Positions 33,833-52,711 of a stretch of DNA of 55,658 bases are shown in pieces; the stretch's first letter is position 1; each line of letters opens with the position of its first letter. Below the pieces are notes generated by a model that did not search any database, was not told the DNA's origin, and saw only the letters and a list, made by a program, of their open reading frames with translations. The position numbers were made by a program, and so were the translations under genes. The stretch spans positions 1-55,658 of the forward strand of contig CAYZPY010000003.1 of assembly GCA_964480425.1 (NCBI GenBank), in the 5' to 3' direction. This DNA comes from an uncultured Planctomycetaceae bacterium (GTDB lineage Bacteria; Planctomycetota; Phycisphaerae; SM23-33).

Positions 33833-33866
33833 TCCCCCGCTCCCTGATGAACGCACAAACACGAAA

Positions 33867-35084
33867 ATGCCTAAATTCGCTTATCACGCTCGTGTTGGAA
33901 CAGGACAGTCCGACGCCGGCGTTCTGGTGGCAAAAGACATGGACGAGGCCGTCGGACTGCTGCGACGAGAGGGCAAGTCCGTCGTTTCAATCAGACCGCA
34001 TGACGAAGAAATCTTCGGCGACAACGCCGCACGCCGGCAAAAAGGCAAAATCAAGCGTGACCATGTCATATTCTTCGCCACGCAACTGGCGGTGATGGTC
34101 GATACGGGTGTGCCGCTTGACGAGGCGCTTGACGCAATAGCCCAGCAAACGGACAAACCGGAACTTTCCCGGGTGGTTAACAACCTCTCTGAACAGGTCA
34201 AATCCGGGCAAACGCTGTCTTCGGCGATGGAGAGCCACCCGAAAGTTTTCAACAGACTTTTAGTGGCGCTTGTGCGCGCATCCGAAGCCTCGGGCACCAT
34301 GGGGAAAATGCTCCAGCGGGCCAGCCAGTATATGCAGTCCGAAAGAAAAACCCGCAAGCAGATAAAAGGCGCAATGACCTACCCGATATGCATGCTCAGT
34401 TTCTGCGCGATAGTTATCATTGCGCTGCTGACACTGATCCTGCCGCGGTTCGAGAAGATTTACAGCACAAAAGGTGCGGTGCTACCGGCCCCGACTCGAA
34501 TACTGCTGGGCGCCAACCATGTCATGGCGAATTACTGGTTTGTTCTAATCCCGGCTGTGGGGGCCTTGGCTGCGGGCCTTTACGCCTATTTCAAATCACC
34601 GGGCGGAAAAATCCTGATGGATAAAGTCAAAATAAACATGCCGGTAATAGGGCCCATGTACCAAAAGGCCTCACTGGCCAGGTCCATGAGGACGCTTTCC
34701 ACCATGGTCGCAACCGACGTCGGCATTCTGGAAGGGCTGCAAATTACCGCCGAGGTCTCCGGAAATCACTATTATTCGAGGATGTGGAGGGACGTAGCCG
34801 ATAACGTCAAGGAGGGCTCGACCCTTTCGGAGCGGCTTTTCGAGTGTGAACTGGTCCCCAGAACGCTGACTCAAATGATAAACGCCGGAGAACGCACCGG
34901 ACAGCTCTCAATCGTACTGGAAAGGGCGGCCAACTTCTGCGACGAGGAACTATCGGTGGCCGTCAAGGCCATGACAAGTCTCATAGAACCCGCCATGATT
35001 ATAATAATGGGGCTTATTGTCGGCGGCATCGCCATAGCGCTGCTTCTGCCGGTGTTCAGTCTGTCAAAGGTCGTGTCGCACTGA
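33867..35084 (+). CDS. gspF: Type II secretion / type IV pilus inner-membrane platform protein (GspF/PilC/MshG family)
   Basis: 405 aa with the duplicated T2SSF architecture (two cytoplasmic domains, three TM segments) and the C-terminal GGIAIALLLPVF. Confidence 0.9.
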   Translation: MPKFAYHARVGTGQSDAGVLVAKDMDEAVGLLRREGKSVVSIRPHDEEIFGDNAARRQKGKIKRDHVIFFATQLAVMVDTGVPLDEALDAIAQQTDKPELSRVVNNLSEQVKSGQTLSSAMESHPKVFNRLLVALVRASEASGTMGKMLQRASQYMQSERKTRKQIKGAMTYPICMLSFCAIVIIALLTLILPRFEKIYSTKGAVLPAPTRILLGANHVMANYWFVLIPAVGALAAGLYAYFKSPGGKILMDKVKINMPVIGPMYQKASLARSMRTLSTMVATDVGILEGLQITAEVSGNHYYSRMWRDVADNVKEGSTLSERLFECELVPRTLTQMINAGERTGQLSIVLERAANFCDEELSVAVKAMTSLIEPAMIIIMGLIVGGIAIALLLPVFSLSKVVSH

Positions 35085-35158
35085 ATACGCCCGGCACGCG
35101 GGCGGGGAAAGCCGACGCATCCATTTCAATTCGCCCAAAAATTCTCGAAAATTTTTCT

Positions 35159-35186
35159 TTGACGTCATTTTTTAATAATATATATT
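35159..35186 (+). promoter_or_regulatory. Sigma70-like promoter for the tRNA-Thr/tuf transcription unit
   Basis: TTGACG (35159..35164), a 16-nt spacer, then TATATT (35181..35186). An A/T-rich UP-like tract lies upstream. The first gene downstream is the tRNA at 35274. Confidence 0.4.
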
Positions 35187-35273
35187 ATTAGTAATCTTGT
35201 CTTCAGCGGCAGTTGAAGTGTATCTTTATTTTATTATGGTCACGGTAGCAGATTGTGTCGTCGGTCATGGTTT

Positions 35274-35345
<72 letters not shown>

Positions 35346-35464
35346 TGGGTTGCCCGACCTTGTCCTCTATGCCGCTGTGAGGATGATCGTTGGGACGGGC
35401 GGGCAAAATACGCAAAACGAAATAAACCAGACAGTCATAAACAAACGCACAAGGAGCATAACTG

Positions 35465-36673
<1,209 letters not shown>

Positions 36674-36696
36674 CAAACTGAACTCGGTTCCCGGAT

Positions 36697-36864
36697 ATGG
36701 CAAAGGCCAAGGCCAGAGAATACGTATGGTTGCAGTGCGGCGACTGCGGCGAATTGAATTATCGCACGGAGGTTCGCACACTCGGCGGAGCGCCGAAGCT
36801 GACCCTGAGCAAGTATTGCCCAAGGCAGCGAAAGCACACCAAGCATAAGATCAAGCGAAAATAA
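36697..36864 (+). CDS. rpmG: 50S ribosomal protein L33
   Basis: Translated by hand (below the ORF-track cutoff): MAKAKAREYVWLQCGDCGELNYRTEVRTLGGAPKLTLSKYCPRQRKHTKHKIKRK, 55 aa, with a zinc-ribbon CxxC...C pattern. It sits in the usual position before secE. Confidence 0.85.
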   Translation: MAKAKAREYVWLQCGDCGELNYRTEVRTLGGAPKLTLSKYCPRQRKHTKHKIKRK

Positions 36865-36953
36865 CGCCAGGCGTTTAACGTTCGCTTGTGTCCGACGGAT
36901 TGGTGTGCATAAACCCGAACGAAAAAAGTCCAAGGATAATAAATACACGGCGA

Positions 36954-37026
36954 ACGGCAGTAGCTCAATTGGTAGAGCAGCGGTCTCCAAAACCGCAGGT
37001 TGGGGGTTCAAGTCCTCCCTGCCGTG
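36954..37026 (+). tRNA. tRNA-Trp (anticodon CCA)
   Basis: Acceptor ACGGCAG/CTGCCGT, D arm GCTC-AATTGGTA-GAGC, anticodon stem GCGGT/ACCGC with loop CTCCAAA, T arm GGGGG-TTCAAGT-CCTCC. Confidence 0.9.
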
Positions 37027-37144
37027 ATTGGGCCCTGCAACTGCAACAGCACGGCGCCCGCGCTGCCTGAAACATCGAACAAGACGGCGCCTTGTCAACC
37101 TTGACAGGTTGGGCTTCGCCTCGCTTCGCTAACTTGTAAACCTG

Positions 37145-37546
37145 ATGAAACTGAATATTTACAAACCAGGACAGGGCAAATACGTGCGGTACATCACTTT
37201 CATCGGAGTGATGACCATAATTACTATTGGCGCCGTGCGTTTGAGCAGTCACCTGGAACAATACAGATGGATAAATATTTACCTGACTTACGGAATCCCC
37301 GCCGTGCTGGTGATAGGCGCCGGATTTTTTATGTTCTGGATGGTGAACCGGCAGAAGTCGGCCGACTTCCTCATCGCCACCGAAAGCGAGATGAAAAAGG
37401 TCTCGTGGTCGAGCAGAAAGGAAGTGGTCGGCTCTACGAAAGTGGTTATCATAACTACGTTTATGATGGCGGTGATACTGTTTGTGGTGGACCTGCTGTT
37501 CGAGATTTTCTTCCAGTGGGCGGGAGTAATGCCCCGGCCGCAGTAA
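37145..37546 (+). CDS. secE: Preprotein translocase subunit SecE (three-TM form)
   Basis: 133 aa. Conserved C-terminal segment ESEMKKVSWSSRKEVVGSTKVVIITTFMMAVILFVVD. Positioned between tRNA-Trp and nusG. Confidence 0.85.
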   Translation: MKLNIYKPGQGKYVRYITFIGVMTIITIGAVRLSSHLEQYRWINIYLTYGIPAVLVIGAGFFMFWMVNRQKSADFLIATESEMKKVSWSSRKEVVGSTKVVIITTFMMAVILFVVDLLFEIFFQWAGVMPRPQ

Positions 37547-37558
37547 TGCCCCGGCCGC
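37525..37558 (+). repeat. Perfect 17-bp tandem duplication spanning the secE stop codon
   Basis: AGTAATGCCCCGGCCGC occurs at 37525..37541 and again at 37542..37558. The secE TAA (37544..37546) lies inside copy 2. Confidence 0.9.
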
Positions 37559-37640
37559 CAAGATGAATCGCGGCCGGATTATGCCGAGGTTCGATATTTG
37601 AAGGTTCTCACGACCGGATATGTTCAACAGGCGGGTATTA

Positions 37641-38192
37641 ATGACTAAGCAATGGTACGTATTGAGAGTGGCCTCCAACAAGGAATCCCAGGTGCGCGAG
37701 GCGCTGGAGCGCAAGGTAAAGATAGAAGGGCTCCAGGATACCATCGGGGAGATACTGGTTCCCACCGAGCGTCGTCCCGCGCCGCGCGGACGCGGTGCCG
37801 CAAAGACCGTCGAGCGCAAGCTGTATCCGGGATACGTCTTTATCGAGATGGAGCCGCAGGAGGACGGAAGGATACCCGAAAAGGCGTGGTTCCTCATCCG
37901 CGAGACGACCGGCGTGGGCGACTTCATCGGGACCTCGGGAAAACCCATCCCCATGAAGGAAGACGACGTGCAAAAAATGCTCATGCAGGTGGAAAAGGCG
38001 CAAGAAGGCGCGCCGGTCTCGGTGGATTTCGCAAAAGGCGACCAGGTGAAAATCAAGGAAGGCGCCTTTGAAAACTTCGAAGGAACCGTGGATGAGGTGC
38101 TGGTGGACAAGGGTCTCATCCGCGTGATTGTAATGATATTCGGCCGGGCCACGCCGGTCGAACTGGAATACTGGCAGGTGGAAAAGACCTGA
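37641..38192 (+). CDS. nusG: Transcription termination/antitermination factor NusG
   Basis: MTKQWYVLRV N-terminus (NGN domain) and a C-terminal KOW (GDQVKIKEGAFENFEGTV). The ORF could also start at 37620. Confidence 0.92.
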   Translation: MTKQWYVLRVASNKESQVREALERKVKIEGLQDTIGEILVPTERRPAPRGRGAAKTVERKLYPGYVFIEMEPQEDGRIPEKAWFLIRETTGVGDFIGTSGKPIPMKEDDVQKMLMQVEKAQEGAPVSVDFAKGDQVKIKEGAFENFEGTVDEVLVDKGLIRVIVMIFGRATPVELEYWQVEKT

Positions 38193-38269
38193 GCGCCACG
38201 TGCGCCGCGAACACGAAGATGACCCGCCTTCGGGCGAAATGATAATAACAGCAATCAGCGAGAAACCAG

Positions 38270-38692
38270 ATGGCAAAACAGGTAGCGACAAAAATCAAGT
38301 TTCAGGCGCCTGGCGGACAGGCGACTCCGGCCCCGCCCATAGGTCCAGCGCTGGGACAGCATAACGTGAACATCGGTCAGTTCGTTTCTCAGTTCAACGA
38401 GCACACCAAGGATCTCGGCGGAATGCCCGTTACGGTGGAAATAACCGTGTACGCCGACCGGACGTTTACCTTCATCGTCAAGAGCCCGCCAGCCGCCGCG
38501 CTGCTGAAAGAGGCCGCACAGATTGCAAAGGGCTCCGGCGTGCCCAACAGGGACAAGGTCGCCACGGTTACAAAAGAACAGGTGCGCAAAATCGCCGAAC
38601 GAAAAATGAAAGACCTAAACGCCCGCGACCTGGAGGCCGCCGGTAAAATCATCGAAGGCACCGCCAGGAGCATGGGAATCACGGTTCAGTAG
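38270..38692 (+). CDS. rplK: 50S ribosomal protein L11
   Basis: 140 aa. [14 protein letters not shown] motif. Confidence 0.96.
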   Translation: MAKQVATKIKFQAPGGQATPAPPIGPALGQHNVNIGQFVSQFNEHTKDLGGMPVTVEITVYADRTFTFIVKSPPAAALLKEAAQIAKGSGVPNRDKVATVTKEQVRKIAERKMKDLNARDLEAAGKIIEGTARSMGITVQ

Positions 38693-38755
38693 ACGGATTA
38701 ATCCAAGGCCTGACCACGGGCGACAACAGTGGAAGGCAATCAAAGAGGAAACGAA

Positions 38756-39439
38756 ATGCCGAACAAACGAAGCAAACGATACAACCAGTGCATCGAAAAG
38801 GTCCCTGAAGAAAAGCAGAATGTCGCCGAGGCGGTGAACGTTATTAAAAGTTTCCCCCAGACAAAATTCGATCCGACGGTTGAACTTTCCATGCAGATGG
38901 GCATAGATCCTCGCCAGAGCGACCAGCGTCTTCGCGGTGCGATATCGCTGCCCAACGGGATAGGAAAGAGCCGCAAGGTGATCGCCTTCTGCGAAGGGCA
39001 GGACACCGAACAGGCCAAACAGGCCGGGGCAATCGAGGCCGGGGCAGACGAACTCATCCAGAAGGTGCAGGACGGATGGACGGATTTCGACGTGGCGCTT
39101 TCAACGCCCGCAATGATGAAAAAAGTATCAAAACTGGGACGGGTGCTTGGACCGCAGGGTAAAATGCCTTCCCCCAAGGCGGGAACCGTTACGGACGACG
39201 TGCTCTCGGCGGTCAGGGAATACAGCGCAGGGAAAGTGGAATTTCGCAACGACGACGGCGGAAATATTCACGCGACCGTCGGAAGGGCCGGATTCCCGCC
39301 CGAGAAACTCGTTGAGAATATCGAATATTTCATCACGCAGATAAAAAAGATGAGGCCGGCGACCACCAAGGGCGCTTACATAAAAAGGGCGTGTTTGTCC
39401 ACGACAATGTCGCCCTCGGTTGAGCTGGATGTTCGCTGA
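38756..39439 (+). CDS. rplA: 50S ribosomal protein L1
   Basis: MPNKRSKRY... with FDPTVELSMQMGIDPRQSDQRLRG. The ATG at 38756 after AGAGGA is preferred over the upstream GTG at 38729. Confidence 0.94.
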   Translation: MPNKRSKRYNQCIEKVPEEKQNVAEAVNVIKSFPQTKFDPTVELSMQMGIDPRQSDQRLRGAISLPNGIGKSRKVIAFCEGQDTEQAKQAGAIEAGADELIQKVQDGWTDFDVALSTPAMMKKVSKLGRVLGPQGKMPSPKAGTVTDDVLSAVREYSAGKVEFRNDDGGNIHATVGRAGFPPEKLVENIEYFITQIKKMRPATTKGAYIKRACLSTTMSPSVELDVR

Positions 39440-39454
39440 ACAGGGAAAATAAAA

Positions 39455-40000
39455 ATGAGTAAACCCGTAAAGCAAATGGTGCGTAGAGAATTAGCAAGGC
39501 GCTTCGATGGCCTGGAGTCGCTGGCGGTGGTCGGCTTTACCGGACTGGACGGACAGGCAACTACCGAGGTGCGCACACGCCTTCTGGAAAAGAACATAGC
39601 CCTCACCGTGGTGAAAAACTCCCTTGCCCGCCAGGCCTTCAAAGACGTCGGTCTCCAGGCCGCCGCCGAACTGCTGGACGGACCCTCGGCAGTGGCGTAT
39701 CCAAAGGACCCCCAGGACATGGACCTGGTGGCCATGGTCCGGGAACTGCTGGACATCGGAAAAGAATCCCCGGCGCTGACGGTCAAGGCGGCATTGCTGG
39801 AAGGCGCCGATTACGTCGGCGATGAGAAAATCAAGGAACTGAGCAACTATCCCACCCGCCAGGAAGCGGTGGCAAGGGTCGTGGGATGTTTGCTTTCCCC
39901 GGGCGCCAACCTCGGGGGAGCCATGCTCGGTCCGGGTCGGTCGCTGGGCGGGGCTTTAAAAGCAAAAGAACAGCAAGAAGACGAATCACAGGCTGCATAA
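39455..40000 (+). CDS. rplJ: 50S ribosomal protein L10
   Basis: 181 aa. Located between rplA and rplL. Typical L10 N-terminal domain. Confidence 0.92.
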   Translation: MSKPVKQMVRRELARRFDGLESLAVVGFTGLDGQATTEVRTRLLEKNIALTVVKNSLARQAFKDVGLQAAAELLDGPSAVAYPKDPQDMDLVAMVRELLDIGKESPALTVKAALLEGADYVGDEKIKELSNYPTRQEAVARVVGCLLSPGANLGGAMLGPGRSLGGALKAKEQQEDESQAA

Positions 40001-40131
40001 TTTCAAACGCGTAAAACATAAACAGGAAAAATTCGTGTCGGCTGCGGATTGGTCCGTAAGGATTAAATGGGCGCCACAGGGGCGCTCACCTATCAGGCCG
40101 GCTTGGTCGTTTACATTACGGAGTCGAAATA

Positions 40132-40701
40132 ATGGCTAAACAAGCAACCAATGAAGAGAAGACCGAAGAACAGGCCAAGGAAGAAAAGGCCAAAGAGGAA
40201 AAAGCCCAGGAAGAAAAAGGCAAGGAAGAAGCCGCCCCCCAAGCCAAGGAAGCCAAAAAGGAAGAACCGCAGGGCAAAGAAGAGCCGGCGGCTGCGGCGA
40301 AAAAAGAATTCGCCAAGGAGATAAAGACCCTTGGCGACAAGATTGCCGAGCTGACTCTCAAGCAGGCGGTTGACCTTGCGGACTACCTCAAGGAAGAACA
40401 CGGCATCGAGCCCGCCGCCGGCGGAGCGGTGATGATGGCCGGAGCAGCAGGCGGCGCAGCAGGCGCCGAAGCCGCCGAAGAAGAAGAAAAAACAGAGTTC
40501 GACGTTGTTCTTAAGAATGTTGGCGACAAGAAGATACAGGTAATCAAGGCCGTTAGAGCGCTGACGAATCTCGGTCTGAAAGAAGCCAAGGAACTCGTCG
40601 AAGGCGCGCCCAAGCCGGTCAAGGAAGGCATCGCCAAGGAAGAGGCCGAAGAGGCCAAAAAACAACTGGAAGAGGCCGGCGCTACAATCGAGGTCAAGTA
40701 G
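40132..40701 (+). CDS. rplL: 50S ribosomal protein L7/L12 with Lys/Glu-rich N-terminal extension
   Basis: The C-terminal domain [71 protein letters not shown] is canonical. 189 aa in total, against about 120-130 for typical L12. Confidence 0.93.
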   Translation: MAKQATNEEKTEEQAKEEKAKEEKAQEEKGKEEAAPQAKEAKKEEPQGKEEPAAAAKKEFAKEIKTLGDKIAELTLKQAVDLADYLKEEHGIEPAAGGAVMMAGAAGGAAGAEAAEEEEKTEFDVVLKNVGDKKIQVIKAVRALTNLGLKEAKELVEGAPKPVKEGIAKEEAEEAKKQLEEAGATIEVK

Positions 40702-40781
40702 ACCACGCCACAGGCCTGGGCGGACCGGTCTATATTGCCCACGAACGGCACGGACGGCGCCTACAATAAGGAACACTGATT

Positions 40782-44549
<3,768 letters not shown>

Positions 44550-44630
44550 GAATCAAGAATGACGAAACCGGAATGAGGAATTATTTAGACGCGTGCTGGA
44601 TTTTAACCAAGAACGCGGAGCTAAAAAGAT

Positions 44631-48998
<4,368 letters not shown>

Positions 48999-49047
48999 GC
49001 GCCCGCCGCCGAAGCGGCTTCGGAAAGCAAAATTTCAAGAGGTTATT

Positions 49048-49419
49048 ATGCCGACTGTAAATCAATTAGTTCGCAAGAAGCGAAAAAAACAGAAAGTAAA
49101 GAAGAAAAACGTCGCGCTGGAGGAATCCCCCCAGAAGCGTGGCGTGTGCCTGCTGGTAAAAACGGTAACGCCCAAGAAGCCCAACTCCGCCCTGAGAAAG
49201 GTGGCGCGGGTTCGCCTCAGCAACGGCAGGGAGGTCACCGCGTACATCCCGGGCATAGACCACAACCTCCAGGAGCACAGCATCGTGCTTGTCAGGGGCG
49301 GGCGAGTGCGCGACCTTCCCGGCGTGCGGTACCACGTTGTTCGGGGAACCATGGACGCCCTGGGCGTCGAGGACCGCAAGCAGAGCAGGAGCAAGTACGG
49401 TACTTCCAAACCAAAATAA
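49048..49419 (+). CDS. rpsL: 30S ribosomal protein S12
   Basis: [10 protein letters not shown]... [16 protein letters not shown]. Confidence 0.97.
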   Translation: MPTVNQLVRKKRKKQKVKKKNVALEESPQKRGVCLLVKTVTPKKPNSALRKVARVRLSNGREVTAYIPGIDHNLQEHSIVLVRGGRVRDLPGVRYHVVRGTMDALGVEDRKQSRSKYGTSKPK

Positions 49420-49470
49420 CACCGGCGATCGCCGTCTGAAGCGATAGTCACGGAGATACGGCAAACAGAC

Positions 49471-49947
49471 ATGGCATATAAGAAATGGACAGCATCGGCC
49501 AGGCAGCTGAAACCTGACGCCCGATATAAGAGCAAACTGGCGAGCAAATTTATCAACTGCATCATGAGCGACGGAAAAAAGGCCGTCGCACAGCGCGTCT
49601 TTTACGACGCGATGGATATAATTGACAAGAAGGTCAAGGACGCCGAACCACTGGAAGTGTTCGAAAAGGCGATAGAAAACGTCAAACCCATGATAGAGGT
49701 CCGGTCAAAGCGTGTCGGAGGCGCCAGTTACCAGGTGCCCACCCCCATCAACGAGAAGCGGAAACTGTCGCTGGCGATAAGGTGGATTAAACAGGCCGTT
49801 TACGCCCAGAGCGGAAACAGTACCTGCCAGCGCCTGGCGAATGAACTGATCGCCGCTTACAAACGCGAAGGCGCCGCCATGCAGACACGCGAAAACGTTC
49901 ACAGGATGGCGGAGGCGAACAAGGCCTTTGCACACTTCGCCTGGTAG
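49471..49947 (+). CDS. rpsG: 30S ribosomal protein S7
   Basis: 158 aa, ending in the [10 protein letters not shown] motif. Confidence 0.96.
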   Translation: MAYKKWTASARQLKPDARYKSKLASKFINCIMSDGKKAVAQRVFYDAMDIIDKKVKDAEPLEVFEKAIENVKPMIEVRSKRVGGASYQVPTPINEKRKLSLAIRWIKQAVYAQSGNSTCQRLANELIAAYKREGAAMQTRENVHRMAEANKAFAHFAW

Positions 49948-50113
49948 TCGTATTGACCACCAAGAATATTTTCGGCGGGGGTACACCGAGGTAAGGACAA
50001 TCCGGGCGACCTGAGCGAAGGTCGGCACTCTGCACGCAAGACTGTGAGGATTCGCTCTTCACGGCATTACTGTTTAGTTCATGTAATGGAACTATCCTTG
50101 AGTAGATTTTTTT

Positions 50114-52183
50114 ATGTCTGACAATCTTAGACAAGTTCGCAACATAGGCATAGCCGCACACATAGACGCCGGCAAGACGACCGTCACCGAGCGCGTGTTG
50201 TATTTCGCCGGGCGGACATACAAGATAGGCGAGGTGCACGAAGGCACCGCCGTGATGGATTACATGGCCGAGGAACAGCAGCGCGGCATCACCATCACCT
50301 CCGCCGCAACCACGCTCAAGTGGCGCGACTACACCATAAACCTGATTGACACGCCCGGGCACGTGGACTTCACCGTGGAAGTGGAGCGGTCGCTGCGCGT
50401 GCTCGACGGGGCGGTTGTGGTCTTCTGCGCCATCGGGGCAGTGGAAGCACAGTCCGAGACGGTATGGGCTCAGGCCAACAGATACAGGGTGCCACGCCTG
50501 TGTTTCATCAACAAGATGGACCGCCCCGGTGCTGATTTCGAAATGGCCGTGCGCGACATCGGCTTGCGCCTAAGGGCCCAGCCGGTCGTTGTGCAACTGC
50601 CCATCGGAAGCGGAGAAGATTTCCGCGGGCAGATAGACCTCATCAGGCAAAAGGCGTACTTCTACGACCCGGAAAAAATCGCCACCACTTTCAGAATCGA
50701 AGACATCCCCCCCCGGTACAAAGACGCCGCCGCTACCGCCAGGGTGGAAATGATAGAAAAGGCGGCCGAATATGACGACCGCCTCATGGAAAAATATCTC
50801 CACGATAAGGAAATATCTCAGGACGAAATTATCGCCGCACTGCGCCAGGGCACACTGACCGGCGGGCTTCACCCGGTTCTTTGCGGCTCGGCGCTGAACC
50901 ACATAGGCGTGCGCCCGCTGCTGGACGCCGTCGTCGATTTCCTGCCAAGCCCGCTGGAAGTGCCGCCCGTGCTGGGGCGCAAGGCGTCTGATCCGTCACA
51001 GGAAATCCGCCGAAAGGCCGACCCGGAATCTCCATTTTCGGCCCTGGTCTTCAAAATCACCGCAGACCAGCACGGCGACCTCCACTTCATCCGCATATAC
51101 AGCGGGACGCTAAAGGCCGGCACACGCGTGCTCAACAGCACACAGAACAAGAAGGAAATCGTATCGCGAATATGGGAAATGCACGCCGACCAGCGAATCC
51201 GCCGGGACCATGCCTTCCCCGGGGACATCGTGGCAGTGGTTGGTCTGAAGAACTCACTCACCGGCGACACGCTGTGCGATTCCCACGAACCGGTCATACT
51301 GGAGCGGCTGAAGTTCCCCGAGCCGGTCATCACCATGTCAATAGAACCCCGCACGAACGCCGAGAAGCAGCAACTCTCCGAGGCCCTGAATTCCCTCCAG
51401 AGGGAAGACCCCACCTTCCGCTTCCGGTACGACCAGGAAACCGGGCAGACCGTGATATCCGGAATGGGAGAACTGCACCTGGAAATCGTTCGCAACAAAC
51501 TCCTTCGTGACATGGGGCTGGACGTTCGGGTGGGTAAGCCCATGGTCGCCTACAAGGAGACCATCCGCCAGCCGGCCCAGGCCGAAGGCAGATTCGTCCG
51601 CCAGACCGGCGGAAGGGGGCAGTTCGGCGTGGTCGAGATAAAAATCGAGCCCTACGAACCACCACCATCCACGGACAAGCAGGAAACCATACTGTTCGAG
51701 GACCAAACCAAGGGCGGCGTAGTGCCAAGGCAGTTCATACCCTCGGTCGAACAGGGTATCCGCGACGCCGCCACCGCAGGACCGCTGGCCGGATACCCCA
51801 TGGAGAATATCAGGGTAATGCTGCTGGACGGAAAGCACCACCCCGTCGACAGCAGCGAGGTCGCCTTCCAGCAGGCCGGAAGCATCGCCTTCAACGAGGC
51901 CGTGAAAAAGGCCTCGCCAGTATTTCTCGAACCGATAATGATGCTCCAGGTCACCGTCCCACAGGAATATCTCGGGGCAGTTACCTCCGATTTGAACTCC
52001 CGACGGGCGGAGATTAAACATCTGCAAAACCGTGGCAAATATCGGCTTATATCGGCGGAAGTGCCGCTGGCCGAAATGTTCGGCTACACAACGCGCCTGC
52101 GATCCATCACGCGCGGGCGGGGCACCAGCACAATGGAGCCCAAGAGATATGCGCCGGTGCCAGCCAACGTGGCGGTTTCTTAG
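50114..52183 (+). CDS. fusA: Elongation factor G
   Basis: 689 aa. [22 protein letters not shown] and NKMD. Confidence 0.97.
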   Translation: MSDNLRQVRNIGIAAHIDAGKTTVTERVLYFAGRTYKIGEVHEGTAVMDYMAEEQQRGITITSAATTLKWRDYTINLIDTPGHVDFTVEVERSLRVLDGAVVVFCAIGAVEAQSETVWAQANRYRVPRLCFINKMDRPGADFEMAVRDIGLRLRAQPVVVQLPIGSGEDFRGQIDLIRQKAYFYDPEKIATTFRIEDIPPRYKDAAATARVEMIEKAAEYDDRLMEKYLHDKEISQDEIIAALRQGTLTGGLHPVLCGSALNHIGVRPLLDAVVDFLPSPLEVPPVLGRKASDPSQEIRRKADPESPFSALVFKITADQHGDLHFIRIYSGTLKAGTRVLNSTQNKKEIVSRIWEMHADQRIRRDHAFPGDIVAVVGLKNSLTGDTLCDSHEPVILERLKFPEPVITMSIEPRTNAEKQQLSEALNSLQREDPTFRFRYDQETGQTVISGMGELHLEIVRNKLLRDMGLDVRVGKPMVAYKETIRQPAQAEGRFVRQTGGRGQFGVVEIKIEPYEPPPSTDKQETILFEDQTKGGVVPRQFIPSVEQGIRDAATAGPLAGYPMENIRVMLLDGKHHPVDSSEVAFQQAGSIAFNEAVKKASPVFLEPIMMLQVTVPQEYLGAVTSDLNSRRAEIKHLQNRGKYRLISAEVPLAEMFGYTTRLRSITRGRGTSTMEPKRYAPVPANVAVS

Positions 52184-52260
52184 GTGAACGGATGAAAATC
52201 GATAATTTCAAAATCCTGAAATTTTGCCGCAAATAACCATGAAAAAATTCTCATTAATCG

Positions 52261-52288
52261 TTGACATTATGATTAAAAATAATATCCT
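52261..52288 (+). promoter_or_regulatory. Candidate sigma70-like promoter ahead of the S10 (rpsJ) gene block
   Basis: TTGACA at 52261..52266, a 16-nt spacer, then TATCCT at 52283..52288. It lies in a 209-nt AT-rich spacer, followed by a GC-rich self-complementary segment (TGCGCGC...GCGCGCA). Confidence 0.3.
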
Positions 52289-52392
52289 AACGGGACTTTA
52301 TGCGCGCCGCACGCACACGCAGTGTATCTGCGCGCACGTAATGGCGGCATGCTTTAGCCCCTGCTAATATCCTTTAGGTAAGTGTAATAGAA

Positions 52393-52701
52393 ATGGTGCA
52401 AGACAGGATAAGAATACGGATGGAGGCCTACGACCACCGGGCGCTGGATTCCTCGGCCAAGGAAATCGTGGACCACACCACGCGTACGGGCGCCCGCGTT
52501 CGCGGGCCAATACCTCTGCCAACCCGAATCGGACGCTACACGGTGCTGCGGAGCCCCCACGTGGACAAGAAGTCCCGCGAGCAGTTCGAAATCCGCACCC
52601 ATAAGAGAATTATCGACATTTACGAGCCGACCGTGCGGACCGTCGAGGCATTGAATCGCCTGGTGGTTCCGGCCGGCGTTTTCATAAAAATAAAGGCCTA
52701 A
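52393..52701 (+). CDS. rpsJ: 30S ribosomal protein S10
   Basis: 102 aa. [14 protein letters not shown]. Confidence 0.96.
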   Translation: MVQDRIRIRMEAYDHRALDSSAKEIVDHTTRTGARVRGPIPLPTRIGRYTVLRSPHVDKKSREQFEIRTHKRIIDIYEPTVRTVEALNRLVVPAGVFIKIKA

Positions 52702-52711
52702 CGAGTAAATC

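Noticed and set aside
35190-35273. A possible additional tRNA between the promoter and tRNA-Thr (many genomes have tRNA-Thr/Tyr/Gly upstream of tuf).
   Set aside because: No acceptor, T-arm (GTTCRANYC) or D-arm pattern could be folded. Only a small CTTCA...TGAAG hairpin is present.
40150-40300. The repetitive AAGGAAGAA-type DNA at the rplL 5' end, considered as a non-coding repeat or a mis-annotated start.
   Set aside because: It is in frame with the conserved L12 domains. No alternative canonical start codon exists downstream, and a plausible RBS precedes the ATG at 40132. It is therefore treated as a coding extension and reported as a finding.
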